Of a stretch of DNA of 34,245 nucleotides, positions 33,958-34,245 are shown piece by piece. Both the position numbers and the translations under genes were made by a program. Under the pieces are notes generated by a model. It made no database searches and was not told the DNA's origin. It saw only the letters and a program-made list of their open reading frames with translations. Source of the DNA: Candidatus Shapirobacteria bacterium (GTDB taxonomy: Bacteria; Patescibacteriota; Microgenomatia; UBA12405); NCBI GenBank assembly GCA_023245435.1, contig JAHFKH010000004.1, forward strand, positions 3,714 to 37,958, read 5' to 3'. Within the stretch, counting starts at the first letter, position 1. Each line of letters starts with the position of its first letter.

Positions 33958-33983
33958 TCTCAGATGTCAGATATCAGATCTCA
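33956..33983 (+). repeat. GATCTCA/GATGTCA heptamer array
   Basis: gatctca gatgtca gatatca gatctca; overlaps the TGA stop of the preceding ORF and precedes the four-helix-bundle gene. Confidence 0.85.
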
Positions 33984-34015
33984 GAAAAACAAAAAATGAT
34001 GATAAAGTTAATGTA

Positions 34016-34245
34016 GTGGAAGATAATAAATTCGAGAAACTAAAAGTATGGCAACTAGCACACGAATTAACTTTAAATATATATAAAATAACTAAAACAT
34101 TTCCTCAAGATGAAAAATATTCTTTAGTTGATCAAATCAAAAGATCATCAAGTTCTGTTCCAACCAATATAGTTGAGGGTAATGAAAGGAAAACAAGAAA
34201 CGAGTACGTTCAATTTTTATATATTGCAAAAGGCTCAATTGCCGA
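34016..34245 (+). CDS. Four-helix-bundle protein (23S rRNA intervening-sequence protein / Avd-like family), 3' end cut by window edge
   Basis: (GTG)EDNKFEKLKVWQLAHELTLNIYKITKTFPQDEKYSLVDQIKRSSSSVPTNIVEGNERKTRNEYVQFLYIAKGSIA matches the family pattern FxxLxVWQxA..L...Y..T..FP..E.Y.L..Q..R...S...NI.EG..R....E...FL.IA.GS. Confidence 0.85.
   Translation, partial: MEDNKFEKLKVWQLAHELTLNIYKITKTFPQDEKYSLVDQIKRSSSSVPTNIVEGNERKTRNEYVQFLYIAKGSIA

Noticed and set aside
16048-33983. Possibility that the tandem arrays are CRISPR arrays
   Set aside because: The units are 7 nt, directly abutting with no spacers. Arrays are only 21-41 nt long, and several lie inside conserved coding sequence. No cas genes are present.
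1-34245. Alternative genetic code (UGA recoded, as in some CPR lineages)
   Set aside because: Long conserved proteins (LeuRS, PyrG, RuvB, MurB, MreB) are full length with standard stops. Several well-delimited genes end in TGA (e.g. 28942, 26432), which is consistent with code 11.
28939-34245. Diversity-generating retroelement acting on the paralogous surface genes
   Set aside because: No reverse transcriptase or template repeat is visible. Differences between the paralogs include all substitution types plus indels and synonymous changes along the whole length, not adenine-specific changes in a short 3' region. Only the Avd-like gene hints at a DGR, and that family is also common outside DGRs.

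Overview
Visibly AT-rich bacterial chromosomal window read with the standard genetic code. Long conserved ORFs are intact and several end in TGA. The gene content, compact overlapping genes, -10 boxes sitting almost on start codons, a four-helix-bundle (S23p/Avd-like) gene and many short repeats suggest a Candidate Phyla Radiation/Patescibacteria-like genome; this is inference only. Housekeeping genes: rplA (5' partial), rplJ-rplL behind an L10-leader-like attenuator, pyrG, a manC-like gene, a D-2-hydroxyacid dehydrogenase, ruvC-ruvA-ruvB, murB, a WecG/TagA-like glycosyltransferase, mreB, a PEGA protein, tRNA-Pro(CGG), tRNA-Arg(CCU), leuS, a stand-alone receiver domain, and comEA with a comEC split into two ORFs. 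About 8.4 kb of unrelated genes separates rplA from rplJ: a YegD/Hsp70-like ATPase, an orphan BrnA-like antitoxin, ddl, a short murF, a second Ddl-like ATP-grasp overlapping a C39-like peptidase, an NDT-like/RHH fusion, a P-loop kinase and an alpha/beta hydrolase. The most interesting locus is 26.85-33.96 kb. It is a co-directional cluster of a polytopic membrane protein, three signal-peptide proteins sharing a WxL-like / donor-strand-like C-terminal module (two are large tandem paralogs), two DUF916/DUF3324-like Ig-fold proteins with C-terminal anchors, and two Ig-like-domain ORFs that lack canonical start codons. Other notable signals are heptanucleotide tandem arrays that recur in intergenic DNA and in frame inside leuS and ruvA, GC-rich palindromic elements (two in frame inside pyrG), an 87-aa ORF cassette flanked by perfect 18-bp direct repeats, and four iteron-like TTT(A)CCGCA repeats after the tRNA pair.
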